Origin: a virus
Virus record (IMG/VR): IMGVR_UViG_3300043570_001741
Span: 1-64,000 of that record
DNA: 64,000 nucleotides
Reading direction: 5' to 3' (one strand)
Shown here: positions 38,308 through 47,392 of the stretch, piece after piece
Numbering within the stretch: position 1 is the stretch's first letter
Layout of the letters: every line of letters begins with the position of its first letter
Notes under the pieces: model-generated
Seen by the model: the letters and a program-made list of their open reading frames with translations, nothing else
Databases searched by the model: none
Told to the model about the DNA's origin: nothing
Position numbers and translations under genes: made by a program

Positions 38308-38778
38308 ATGACTCGCTTTACAACATTGTATCCTCAGTTTGTTGGATTTGACCAATTGTTTAATGAGCTCGAAAGACTCGTTGAAGGTCAAGCACCGACA
38401 CGCAACACTTCTTTTCCACCACATAACGTAATCAAAGTAGATGACAGTCATTATGTCGTTGAACTGGCCGTTGCTGGTTTTGCCAAGGATGAAATCGACA
38501 TTGAGTTGGACGATGGACTTCTTGTTGTCAAAGGTGAAAAGAAAGATAAGGACACCGAAGTAACATATATCCATCGTGGTATTGGTACTCGTTCGTTCAC
38601 AAAATCTTTAACAATTGCTGATACAGTTGAAGTCCGTGGTGCAGAATTCAAGGATGGAATTTTGCGAATTGGTTTGGAGAATGTAATTCCTGAACACAAG
38701 AAACCACGTAAAATTGAAATCGGTAATGGATTAAAGTTACCTAAACCACAACTGCTTCAAGAAAAAGAAACAGTTTAA
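38308..38778 (+). CDS. hsp20: Small heat shock protein (IbpA-like)
   Basis: GFDQLF, FPPHN, LAVAGF, YIHRGI, DGIL.I.L motifs. Confidence 0.93.
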   Translation: MTRFTTLYPQFVGFDQLFNELERLVEGQAPTRNTSFPPHNVIKVDDSHYVVELAVAGFAKDEIDIELDDGLLVVKGEKKDKDTEVTYIHRGIGTRSFTKSLTIADTVEVRGAEFKDGILRIGLENVIPEHKKPRKIEIGNGLKLPKPQLLQEKETV

Positions 38779-38781
38779 TTG

Positions 38782-38802
38782 ATGGAGCTTCGGCTCCATT
38801 TT
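38782..38802 (+). terminator. Terminator with C(UUCG)G loop
   Basis: ATGGAGC-TTCG-GCTCCAT-TTT. Confidence 0.75.
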
Positions 38803-38810
38803 AATATATT

Positions 38811-39599
38811 ATGTCATTACTTGTTCTCAGTCATTTCCATAAAGATTTTCCAATTAACCTCAATTCGTCTTGGTTGATTCCATCCTTTGCGGGTGATAAA
38901 CTATCAATTAAGGCAGTTGATGCTACAGAAGAAATCAAAGACTTCCGACACTACTATGTTGGTGTAAGTGACGAACAATTTTATCGTGCAATGGGTGCTC
39001 AAGCAACTGAGTATATGATGTTAAAGTCTTCAACAAATCTTCCTGATTATGTTGGATGTTTAACCTATCGTAGATATCTTTTGCTGAACGACCAGATACC
39101 ACAAGATAAAGTCAATATGCCTCCGACACAAGAGGTTGCTGACCAATTTGGTACAAAAGAAGAAAAAGATTTGATTGAAGAACTATTCAAGTCATATGAT
39201 GTAATCACCAATAAGAATGTTACCTTTAATTGTTCAATCGAGCAACAATACTTAATGTATGAACTGCCTGAACATTGGTTCCTATTCAAAGAGGCTATTA
39301 CAAAATTATGTCCTGAATATGTAAATGATATGTCGTGGTTTACAGAGAACAACTCAATGCACGCTGAAACATCCTATATTATGAAACGTGAATGCTTTGT
39401 TAAGTATGCTACTGAGTTGTTCCAAATATTAAAGTATGTTTTCGATAATTGTAGTGAAGTTTATCCAGTACAAGATGGAAGATGTAGTGAAATATATCCT
39501 TGGAGATATCCTGGTTATTTGGGTGAAAGGTTTTTACCTTTCTTTGTTTATGCAAATAAATTGAAAGCGAAGCAATTTCCACTTGCTATTTTAATATGA
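38811..39599 (+). CDS. DUF4422-like glycosyltransferase-associated protein
   Basis: YVG..YRRY, QY...H, YIMK...F.KY...LF, R..GYLGER motifs. Confidence 0.7.
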   Translation: MSLLVLSHFHKDFPINLNSSWLIPSFAGDKLSIKAVDATEEIKDFRHYYVGVSDEQFYRAMGAQATEYMMLKSSTNLPDYVGCLTYRRYLLLNDQIPQDKVNMPPTQEVADQFGTKEEKDLIEELFKSYDVITNKNVTFNCSIEQQYLMYELPEHWFLFKEAITKLCPEYVNDMSWFTENNSMHAETSYIMKRECFVKYATELFQILKYVFDNCSEVYPVQDGRCSEIYPWRYPGYLGERFLPFFVYANKLKAKQFPLAILI

Positions 39600-40054
39600 A
39601 ACAGAAATTTATAGATGCACACATGAAAGTGGCTGAAGTATATGCAGGATTATCTTCAGCAAAGAGACTTCAAGTTGGTGCAATTATTGTAAAAGATGAC
39701 CGCATCATTTCTATTGGCTACAATGGTATGCCAAGTGGATGGGATAACAACTGTGAATATGTTGCTGATGTTCATCCTAGTGATCCTAGATATGATTACA
39801 ATAATTTTAGCAAAGAACTTAAAACCAAACCAGAGGTACTACATGCCGAAACCAATGCAATCGCTAAATTGGCTAGGACTACTGAGAGTGGTTTAGGTGC
39901 TACTATGTTTGTAACTCATGCGCCTTGTATTGATTGTGCCAAGTTGGTTTTCCAAAGTGGTATCAATAGTGTTTATTATCGGAATAGTTATCGTGATGAT
40001 GACGGAATTGAATTTTTAAAGAAGTGTAACGTAGAGGTAATTAAATATGACTAG
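39596..40054 (+). CDS. cd: dCMP deaminase
   Basis: GYNG, HAETNAI, PCIDC motifs. Confidence 0.92.
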   Translation: MKQKFIDAHMKVAEVYAGLSSAKRLQVGAIIVKDDRIISIGYNGMPSGWDNNCEYVADVHPSDPRYDYNNFSKELKTKPEVLHAETNAIAKLARTTESGLGATMFVTHAPCIDCAKLVFQSGINSVYYRNSYRDDDGIEFLKKCNVEVIKYD

Positions 40055-40412
40055 TGTTTTTAAAGATGTTGAAACGTTTATGACGGCTGCAGGCCAAACT
40101 ACAGATACGGATAATGGTGAACAAGCATTGTTGTACCGAAGGCTAATCAATGAAGAATACCACGAATTCATTGATGCTGTTAGTAAGAATGATGATGTTG
40201 AAACCATCGATGCCTGTTTTGATACTATGTGGGTAATCATTGGGTATATGAAGTCTCGTGGTTGGGACACAAAGGGTGTTTGGGATGAAGGTTCCCTTAG
40301 TAACCTAAAGAAGATTGATAGCAAAACTAAAACGGTAATCAAACGTGAAGACGGCAAAGTTCTTAAACCTGAAGGTTGGAAGAAGCCAGATTTCACCAAG
40401 TTTGCCAAGTAA
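40047..40412 (+). CDS. MazG-like/PRA-PH nucleotide pyrophosphohydrolase
   Basis: LINEEY.EF, DACFD, SN..K, REDGKVLKP motifs. Confidence 0.85.
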   Translation: MTSVFKDVETFMTAAGQTTDTDNGEQALLYRRLINEEYHEFIDAVSKNDDVETIDACFDTMWVIIGYMKSRGWDTKGVWDEGSLSNLKKIDSKTKTVIKREDGKVLKPEGWKKPDFTKFAK

Positions 40413-40416
40413 AAGC

Positions 40417-40445
40417 TTGCAATTTATTAAGAAGTCTGTTATAAT
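40417..40445 (+). promoter_or_regulatory. Sigma70-like promoter
   Basis: TTGCAA, 17-nt spacer, TG-n-TATAAT. Confidence 0.65.
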
Positions 40446-40475
40446 ACATTATCGTATATTTTTTAAGAGGTAAAT

Positions 40476-40694
40476 ATGAATTTACGTGAAGTGGCCAAAA
40501 GGTTGGTCAATGAGTACAAAATGCCTCATGCGGACAGATATGAACTGTTCTTGCGTGAGTTTGATAACAAGGTCGAGGTTGTTGGTTGGATGCAAGACCC
40601 AACCATTGATGCTCACAAGTTTAACGGCCGTGAGATGCTTATCCCAAAACGTTGGGTTACCATTGGTGTAGTTGATGCGGAGGTTCGTGTATGA
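40476..40694 (+). CDS. Hypothetical protein
   Basis: GAGG SD; 72 aa. Confidence 0.6.
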   Translation: MNLREVAKRLVNEYKMPHADRYELFLREFDNKVEVVGWMQDPTIDAHKFNGREMLIPKRWVTIGVVDAEVRV

Positions 40695-40987
40695 ATCTCC
40701 AATTAATTACTTTCAAAACAAACCACACCCTTTTGGCTGAGGTTGTGGAAGAATCAGGTTATATTCTGGTAAAGAAACCTGTTCAATGCATCATGCAACC
40801 AACTAAAGATGGCCCTATGATGGCATTCTCTCCTTTTATCCAATTCTGTGAAGAATTTGAAACTGGTATCAGAATCAATAATGAGGACATTCTTTGTACC
40901 ACAACTCCTTTACGGGAATTGATGAATCAGTATAGTGAAATGTTTGGGTCTGGCATTCAAATTGCCACATCTATTCCAAAATTCTGA
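40691..40987 (+). CDS. Conserved T4-like hypothetical protein upstream of gp43
   Basis: Sm-like beta pattern ending Y.EMFGSGIQI. Confidence 0.65.
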   Translation: MNLQLITFKTNHTLLAEVVEESGYILVKKPVQCIMQPTKDGPMMAFSPFIQFCEEFETGIRINNEDILCTTTPLRELMNQYSEMFGSGIQIATSIPKF

Positions 40988-40999
40988 TATAATGTATGA

Positions 41000-43540
41000 A
41001 TGACTAATCAATATTACACTAACGTTGTCGGTGTTGGCAACAATATTTTCTATCGTGGTGTAAAAGACGGCCGGCGTGTTAAGTATAAAATTGCTTACAC
41101 GCCGACTTTGTTTTTACGCTCTAATAAAACCACTAACTTCAAAACACTTGAAGGTGAATATCTTGAGCCTATGAAGTTCGAAGGTATGCGTGAGGCTCGT
41201 GATTTCGTTAAACGTTATGATGGTGTTCAAGGCTTTGATGTATTTGGTAATGCCAACTTTCAATATGCTTTCATTGCTGACCAACACAAAGGTATGATTG
41301 ATTGGGACATTAACCATGTTTCAATTGCAGTTATCGATATTGAAGTTGGTTCTGAAAATGGTTTCCCTGACCCATATCAAGCAAATGAACCTATCACAGC
41401 TATTTGTGTCAAGTATTTGAATGGTGTTGCAACTGTATTTGGTTGTGGTGAGTTTAGAAATGACCGTGAAGATGTTATCTACACCAAGTGTGATGATGAA
41501 TATGACCTGTGTAAAAAGTTTTTGGCCTTTTGGTCAGAAAATTGTCCAGATGTAATTTCTGGTTGGAATGTTAAGTTCTTTGATATTCCATATCTTGTGA
41601 ATCGTATCACTAAAATTCTCGGTGATGACGATGTTAAGAAACTATCACCATGGAATTATATCAATAGTCGTAAGGCTGTTGTGAACAATCGTGAGCTAAT
41701 TGCATATGAATTCACAGGTGTTTCCACATTAGATTATATTGAATTGTACAGATGGTATGCGCCAGGTGGTAAATCACAAGAGTCATATCGTTTGGATAAT
41801 ATTTCACAAGTTGAATTGGGTGAAGGTAAGATTTCATATGATGAGTTCGATAACTTGCATCAGTTGTATCGTTTAGATTACCAAAAGTTTATTGAGTACA
41901 ACATCAAAGACGTAGAGTTGATTTTCAAACTAGAGAACAAGTTGAAGTTGATTGAGTTGGGCTTGACTCTTGCTTATGATACCAAAACAAACTACGAAGA
42001 TATCTTTGCACAAACTCGTATGTGGGATTCTTTGATTTACAATTACTTGTTGGACAAAAAGATTATTGTTCCTCCTAAAGTTGTAAAGAGTAAGACTGCG
42101 GCCTTTGAAGGTGCCTATGTTAAAGACCCACAAGTCGGTATGCATAACTATGTGGCATCATTTGACTTGAACAGTTTGTATCCTCACCTGATGATGCAAT
42201 ATAACATTTCACCTGAAACATTGGTTGAGCCACATGATTATACTCCTGAGATGAGACAAATCATTTCTTCTGGTGTAAGCGTTGATAAATTGTTGCTTAA
42301 AGAAGTTAATCTATCAAATATGAGTGGTGTAACTATTACTCCAAATGGTCAATTCTTCTCAACAACTAAAAAAGGTTTCTTACCTCAGATGCTAGAAGAA
42401 ATGTATGTGGATCGTTCAAAGTTTAAGAAAATGATGATTCAAGCTAAGAAAGATTATGAAGTTGAGACTGATCCTAATAAAAAGTATGAACTGAAAAACA
42501 AGATTGCTCGTTATGATAACCTGCAATTGGCCAAGAAAGTCTCTCTCAATAGTGCTTACGGTGCTCTAGGTTCCCAGTATTTCAGATTCTATGACCTTAG
42601 AATGGCCTTGGGTGTTACTACTGCTGGTCAATTTTCTATTCGTTGGATCGAAGCTAAAATTAACCAGTACATGAACAAGTTGCTAGATAGTGATAAAGAC
42701 TATGTGATTGCTTCTGATACTGATTCGATTTACCTCCGTCTTGGTGAATTGGTTGAAAAAGTTTATGGTAAGAAAAGTGGTGTGCCTGAACAAAAGATTA
42801 TTGAATTCATGGACAAAGTTTGTGAAGAAAAACTTCAACCACACATAGATAAATCTTATACAGAGTTGGCTGATTATGTTCATGCCTATGCTCAGAAGAT
42901 GCAGATGAAACGTGAAGGTTTGGCTAACAAAGGTATTTGGACTGCCAAGAAACGTTACATTCTAAATGTGTTTAATAATGAAGGTGTGCAGTACAAAGAA
43001 CCTAAGATGAAAGTCATGGGCCTTGAGATGATTAAGTCATCTACACCTGCTGCCATCCGTGAGAAGATGAGAAAATCAATTGACATTATGATTAACGGCA
43101 CCGAATCCGATATTCATAAATTCATTGAAGATTTCAGAAATGAATTTAAGCAGTTGCCGGCTGAAGATATTTCTTTCCCCCGTGGTCTGAATGGTCTGAA
43201 AGAATACTCTGACAATGTGACTCTATATAAGAAGGGTACACCAATCCATGTGAAGGGTGCTATTCTTTATAACACCAAACTGAAAGCAATGAAACTTGAT
43301 AAAAAGTATGCATTGATTCAAGAAGGTGAGAAGATTAAATTCACATATTTGAAACAACCAAATCCCATGAAAGATACGGTTATTTCATACCCAAATAGAT
43401 TGCCAGTGGAGTTTGGCTTGCAAGAGTTTATTGATTATGATATGCAATTCAATAAGGCATTCCTTGAACCAATTAAAGTAATTTTAGATTGCATGAATTG
43501 GACAACAGAACAACAGAATTCCTTAGAGAGTTTTTTTTAA
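41000..43540 (+). CDS. gp43: Family B DNA polymerase
   Basis: DIEV exonuclease motif, SFDLNSLYP, K..LNSAYG, ASDTDS; no intein-sized insertion. Confidence 0.98.
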   Translation: MTNQYYTNVVGVGNNIFYRGVKDGRRVKYKIAYTPTLFLRSNKTTNFKTLEGEYLEPMKFEGMREARDFVKRYDGVQGFDVFGNANFQYAFIADQHKGMIDWDINHVSIAVIDIEVGSENGFPDPYQANEPITAICVKYLNGVATVFGCGEFRNDREDVIYTKCDDEYDLCKKFLAFWSENCPDVISGWNVKFFDIPYLVNRITKILGDDDVKKLSPWNYINSRKAVVNNRELIAYEFTGVSTLDYIELYRWYAPGGKSQESYRLDNISQVELGEGKISYDEFDNLHQLYRLDYQKFIEYNIKDVELIFKLENKLKLIELGLTLAYDTKTNYEDIFAQTRMWDSLIYNYLLDKKIIVPPKVVKSKTAAFEGAYVKDPQVGMHNYVASFDLNSLYPHLMMQYNISPETLVEPHDYTPEMRQIISSGVSVDKLLLKEVNLSNMSGVTITPNGQFFSTTKKGFLPQMLEEMYVDRSKFKKMMIQAKKDYEVETDPNKKYELKNKIARYDNLQLAKKVSLNSAYGALGSQYFRFYDLRMALGVTTAGQFSIRWIEAKINQYMNKLLDSDKDYVIASDTDSIYLRLGELVEKVYGKKSGVPEQKIIEFMDKVCEEKLQPHIDKSYTELADYVHAYAQKMQMKREGLANKGIWTAKKRYILNVFNNEGVQYKEPKMKVMGLEMIKSSTPAAIREKMRKSIDIMINGTESDIHKFIEDFRNEFKQLPAEDISFPRGLNGLKEYSDNVTLYKKGTPIHVKGAILYNTKLKAMKLDKKYALIQEGEKIKFTYLKQPNPMKDTVISYPNRLPVEFGLQEFIDYDMQFNKAFLEPIKVILDCMNWTTEQQNSLESFF

Positions 43541-43552
43541 AAAGAGGTTAAA

Positions 43553-44608
43553 ATGAGTTTACTTGAGAAATTGAAAAAGAATTCGACAATTAAAGATAGT
43601 GCAATTCTATCTAAGTCTAAATTCTTCACAGAAAAAGATATGATTCCGACTGCCGTGCCAATGATTAACGTTGCACTATCTGGTCGGTTAGATGGCGGCA
43701 TTACACCAGGCCTTACAATGTGGGCAGGTCCATCTAAACACTTCAAGACAGCGTTTAGTTTGTTGATGGCTAAATCTTACATGGACAAATATCCAGAAGC
43801 AATTCTATTGTTCTATGATTCAGAGTTTGGTACACCAGTTAAATACTTTGAAACATTTGGTATTGATATGGATCGTGTGTTGCATACACCATTGACCAAT
43901 ATTGAACAGTTGAAGTTTGATATTATGCAACAGTTTGAAAACATTGAACGTGGTGATAAACTTATGGTTATCCTCGATTCAATTGGCAATTTGGCTTCGA
44001 AGAAAGAAGTTGAAGATGCTCTTGAAGGCAAATCAGTTGCAGATATGTCTAGAGCAAAACAAGTTAAGAGTTTGTTCCGTATGGTAACACCACACTTAAC
44101 CATTAAAGATATTCCTATGGTTGTTGTGAATCACACATACAAAGAAATTGGAATGTTCCCTAAAGATATTGTTGGTGGTGGTACAGGTTCATATTACTCA
44201 GCTGACAACATTTATATTCTCGGTCGTCAACAAGACAAAGAAGGTACTGAAATTGTTGGTTATCATTTTATTATCAATGTCGAAAAATCACGTTATGTTA
44301 AAGAAAAATCTAAAATTCCTATCTCTGTATCTTTTGACGGTGGCATCAGCCGTTACTCTGGTCTGCTTGACCTTGCTATTGAATCCGGACATGTGGTTAA
44401 ACCTGCCAATGGTTGGTATGCAAAAGTAGACCAAGCAACTGGTGAAGTTGGTGACAAGAAACGAATTGCTGACACAACGTCAGCTGAATTCATGGAACCA
44501 ATTTTAAAAGATCCGAAATTTAAACAATTCATTAAACACAAATATGAAATCGCTTATGGCAGCATTATGGGAGAAACTCCCGTGGTCGAAGAAACCGAAG
44601 AAAGTTGA
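43553..44608 (+). CDS. uvsX: RecA-like recombinase
   Basis: GPSKHFKT, YDSEFG, DSIGNLAS, GGGTG motifs. Confidence 0.96.
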   Translation: MSLLEKLKKNSTIKDSAILSKSKFFTEKDMIPTAVPMINVALSGRLDGGITPGLTMWAGPSKHFKTAFSLLMAKSYMDKYPEAILLFYDSEFGTPVKYFETFGIDMDRVLHTPLTNIEQLKFDIMQQFENIERGDKLMVILDSIGNLASKKEVEDALEGKSVADMSRAKQVKSLFRMVTPHLTIKDIPMVVVNHTYKEIGMFPKDIVGGGTGSYYSADNIYILGRQQDKEGTEIVGYHFIINVEKSRYVKEKSKIPISVSFDGGISRYSGLLDLAIESGHVVKPANGWYAKVDQATGEVGDKKRIADTTSAEFMEPILKDPKFKQFIKHKYEIAYGSIMGETPVVEETEES

Positions 44609-44894
44609 GTATCGGTTCCAACAAAGTGAGTCTGATGACTCAACTTTGGTAGAAATCACATCGGGTGAATACACCGGTGTGGTTTACTCTTATGGTATGG
44701 TTAAATTGAAGCCCGAATCGGTGATACCGATACTTCAGTTTAACTATAACATTTATCATTCAGGTCAACATGACAAGCAGGCCTTGCAAAATAATGATAA
44801 TTTTGTTACAATCATAGGTGACATACTTACAGAAATTATTATACAAAATGAATCGACTAGAACAAACGATACTGAAGAATCTGATATACAATGA
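44544..44894 (+). CDS. Hypothetical protein at the gp40 position
   Basis: ORF between uvsX and gp41, ending IGDIL..II. Confidence 0.55.
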   Translation: MKSLMAALWEKLPWSKKPKKVEYRFQQSESDDSTLVEITSGEYTGVVYSYGMVKLKPESVIPILQFNYNIYHSGQHDKQALQNNDNFVTIIGDILTEIIIQNESTRTNDTEESDIQ

Positions 44895-46248
44895 GGACTT
44901 TACCCGTAAAGTTTTGCCATTCATCAAGTCGGATTACTTTGCCGACAATACAGAGAAGGTAGTATTCAAAGAAATCTTTGAGTTTGTAAACAAATACAAA
45001 AATCTACCGACTCATGAATCTCTCATCATTAATTTCACCGAGAGTAAAAAACTAACTGAACCTGAAGTAAGACAATCAATTGAACTTCTTAAAGAATTAC
45101 ATTCAAGTAAAGAAGAAAAGGTTGAGAGTAAATGGTTAATTGAGCAAACTGAGAAGTTCTGCCAAGATAAAGCCATCTACAATGCCATCATGGAATCAGT
45201 ATCAATCCTTGATGACAAACACGGAGATAAACCTAAGGGTGAGATTCCAAAACTACTGAGTGATGCTCTTGGTGTTTCTTTTGACCAACACATTGGCCAT
45301 GATTACATGGCAGATTATGATTCTCGTTTTGATTTCTATCACAAGGTAGAATCTCGTATCAAGTTTGACCTTGATATCTTCAATAAGATTACAAAAGGCG
45401 GACTGCCGACCAAGACCTTGAACATTGCACTTGCAGGTACTGGTGTTGGTAAATCATTGTTCATGTGTCACGTTGCCGCTGGTTGCTTGAATCAAGGTCA
45501 TAATGTTTTGTACATTACAATGGAAATGGCCGAAGAACGTATTGCAGAACGTATCGATGCTAATTTGCTAAATATTGATTTGAATGAACTTCACACAATC
45601 AGTAAAGAAGACTATGAACGTAAATTCAAGGTGTTACAAAACAAGGCTCATGGTAAATTGATTATCAAAGAATATCCAACTGCTAGTGCTTCATCACTAC
45701 ATTTCAGAGCATTGTTAAGTGAATTGCATCTGAAGAAGAACTTTGTTCCACATATTATCTTTATTGATTATTTGAACATTTGTGCATCTTCACGTATCAA
45801 GGCAGGTGGTTCTGTTAACTCTTATACTTACATCAAGTCTATCGCTGAAGAACTGCGTGGTTTGGCTGTTGAACACAATGTGCCAATTGTTTCTGCAACA
45901 CAAACAACTCGTAGTGGTTTCAGCAATTCGGATCCAGGCCTTGAAGATACTTCAGAATCATTTGGTTTGCCTGCAACTGCCGACTTTATGTTTGCATTGG
46001 TGACTAATGAAGAATTGCAACAATTAAACCAAATCTTGGTGAAACAATTGAAGAATCGATACTCTGACCCTAACAACTTCAAACGATTCGTTGTTGGTGT
46101 TGATAGAGCAAAGATGCGGCTGTATGATGCAGAAGATTCAGCACAGGCAGATATTGTTGATGCAGGTCAAGTTGAAGATAAACCTTTGAATACATTTGGA
46201 AACCGTGAGAAGAAATTCAGTAAGAATTTTGGTGGACTTAAAGTATGA
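44848..46248 (+). CDS. gp41: DnaB-like replicative helicase
   Basis: AGTGVGKS, TMEMAE, FIDYL, SATQTTR, QLKNRY motifs; start set at ATG 44848. Confidence 0.96.
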   Translation: MNRLEQTILKNLIYNEDFTRKVLPFIKSDYFADNTEKVVFKEIFEFVNKYKNLPTHESLIINFTESKKLTEPEVRQSIELLKELHSSKEEKVESKWLIEQTEKFCQDKAIYNAIMESVSILDDKHGDKPKGEIPKLLSDALGVSFDQHIGHDYMADYDSRFDFYHKVESRIKFDLDIFNKITKGGLPTKTLNIALAGTGVGKSLFMCHVAAGCLNQGHNVLYITMEMAEERIAERIDANLLNIDLNELHTISKEDYERKFKVLQNKAHGKLIIKEYPTASASSLHFRALLSELHLKKNFVPHIIFIDYLNICASSRIKAGGSVNSYTYIKSIAEELRGLAVEHNVPIVSATQTTRSGFSNSDPGLEDTSESFGLPATADFMFALVTNEELQQLNQILVKQLKNRYSDPNNFKRFVVGVDRAKMRLYDAEDSAQADIVDAGQVEDKPLNTFGNREKKFSKNFGGLKV

Positions 46249-47360
46249 CATTAACTAAAGAACAAGCCGTACATTGTGCAAATGTATTCTCCAACTACTT
46301 TGATAAGTTTGGTCGTATTGATGAATACATGAGAGAACAGAAACTAAATTCAATGGCCGAAAGACCATTTACTTTGCCTGGCATGGGACCAGAAGAAGAT
46401 TTGTTTTCTGATTTCACTATGTCACCTGCTGATATGGAATTTGAAATCATGGAGTTACCACAAGATAGGTGGGACATTTATCTCAATATGATTTCAAGTC
46501 ACTCAAACATGACCAGTATTCCTGGTCGGTGTTTAAGATTGGCAATTTGGGAAAAGAAATCACAGAAGTGGGTTGGTTTTATTCGTCTTGGTTCTCCTGT
46601 TATCAATTGTAAACCACGCAACGAAATGCTTGGCCAAGTATTCACGCAACATGAAGGTGGTGCTCAATTGTTCAATCAATGTGCCGCTATGGGTTTTGTG
46701 ATTGTACCTGCACAACCATTTGGTTTCAATTATCTCGGTGGTAAATTACTTGCAGCCATTTGTACAACACATGAAGTACGTAGAATGTTGGATGAAAAGT
46801 ATAAGATGACCACCTGCTTGTTTGAAACAACCAGTTTGTATGGTTCTTCAAAGGCAGTATCACAGTATGATGGTATGAAACCTCTGATTCGTTTCAAAGG
46901 TTTAACTGATAGTGATTTCTTGCCGATGTTACATGGTAAAACTTATAGTGACCTCAAAGAATACATTGAGAATATCATTGGTGAACCACTTGCACCAGAA
47001 GGTGCTTCTTCACGCAAGTTGAAGATTTCTAATGCAATGGTGTCTATGATTAAGATTGGCCTCAAAGGCACACCAGAGGCTACTAAGTTTGCACAGACGA
47101 TTGAGAATGCCAAGAATCTGAATGAACAGAAACGTTACTTCATTTCAGACTATGGTTTTAAGAACATGGTTGATTTTGTAAATGGAAAGACTGACAAGTT
47201 AATTCCAGGTGAGAACTATGAGAAACATAATCTGGCCAATATTACAGAGTGGTGGCGTAAGAAGGCTATCAATCGATTTGAGACCTTGAAGACAGAAGGT
47301 CGTATTCGTACAGAACAAGAAGTCTGGACTGGTGATAAAGTGCTTGACATAATTCGGTAA
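46245..47360 (+). CDS. DUF4338/DruA-like protein (paralog 2)
   Basis: IPGR, GFIRLGSP, IVP.QPFGFNYLGGKLLA, ETTSLYG, SQYDG motifs; translationally coupled to gp41. Confidence 0.7.
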   Translation: MTLTKEQAVHCANVFSNYFDKFGRIDEYMREQKLNSMAERPFTLPGMGPEEDLFSDFTMSPADMEFEIMELPQDRWDIYLNMISSHSNMTSIPGRCLRLAIWEKKSQKWVGFIRLGSPVINCKPRNEMLGQVFTQHEGGAQLFNQCAAMGFVIVPAQPFGFNYLGGKLLAAICTTHEVRRMLDEKYKMTTCLFETTSLYGSSKAVSQYDGMKPLIRFKGLTDSDFLPMLHGKTYSDLKEYIENIIGEPLAPEGASSRKLKISNAMVSMIKIGLKGTPEATKFAQTIENAKNLNEQKRYFISDYGFKNMVDFVNGKTDKLIPGENYEKHNLANITEWWRKKAINRFETLKTEGRIRTEQEVWTGDKVLDIIR

Positions 47361-47377
47361 TTCTGGTAGGATAAATA
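47344..47377 (+). promoter_or_regulatory. Overlapping sigma70-like and late-type promoters
   Basis: TTGACA-17-TAGGAT with extended TG, plus ATAAATA at 47371-77. Confidence 0.5.
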
Positions 47378-47392
47378 CTCCAAAAAGGAGTA

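Noticed and set aside
4684-46248. Introns or inteins in gp17, gp43, gp41, uvsW or gp46
   Set aside because: All have normal lengths and continuous motifs; the GIY-YIG gene is free-standing upstream of an intact gp17 start.
28464-47360. Druantia defence system
   Set aside because: Only two dispersed DruA-like genes are present, with no DruE helicase or other Dru partners recognisable.
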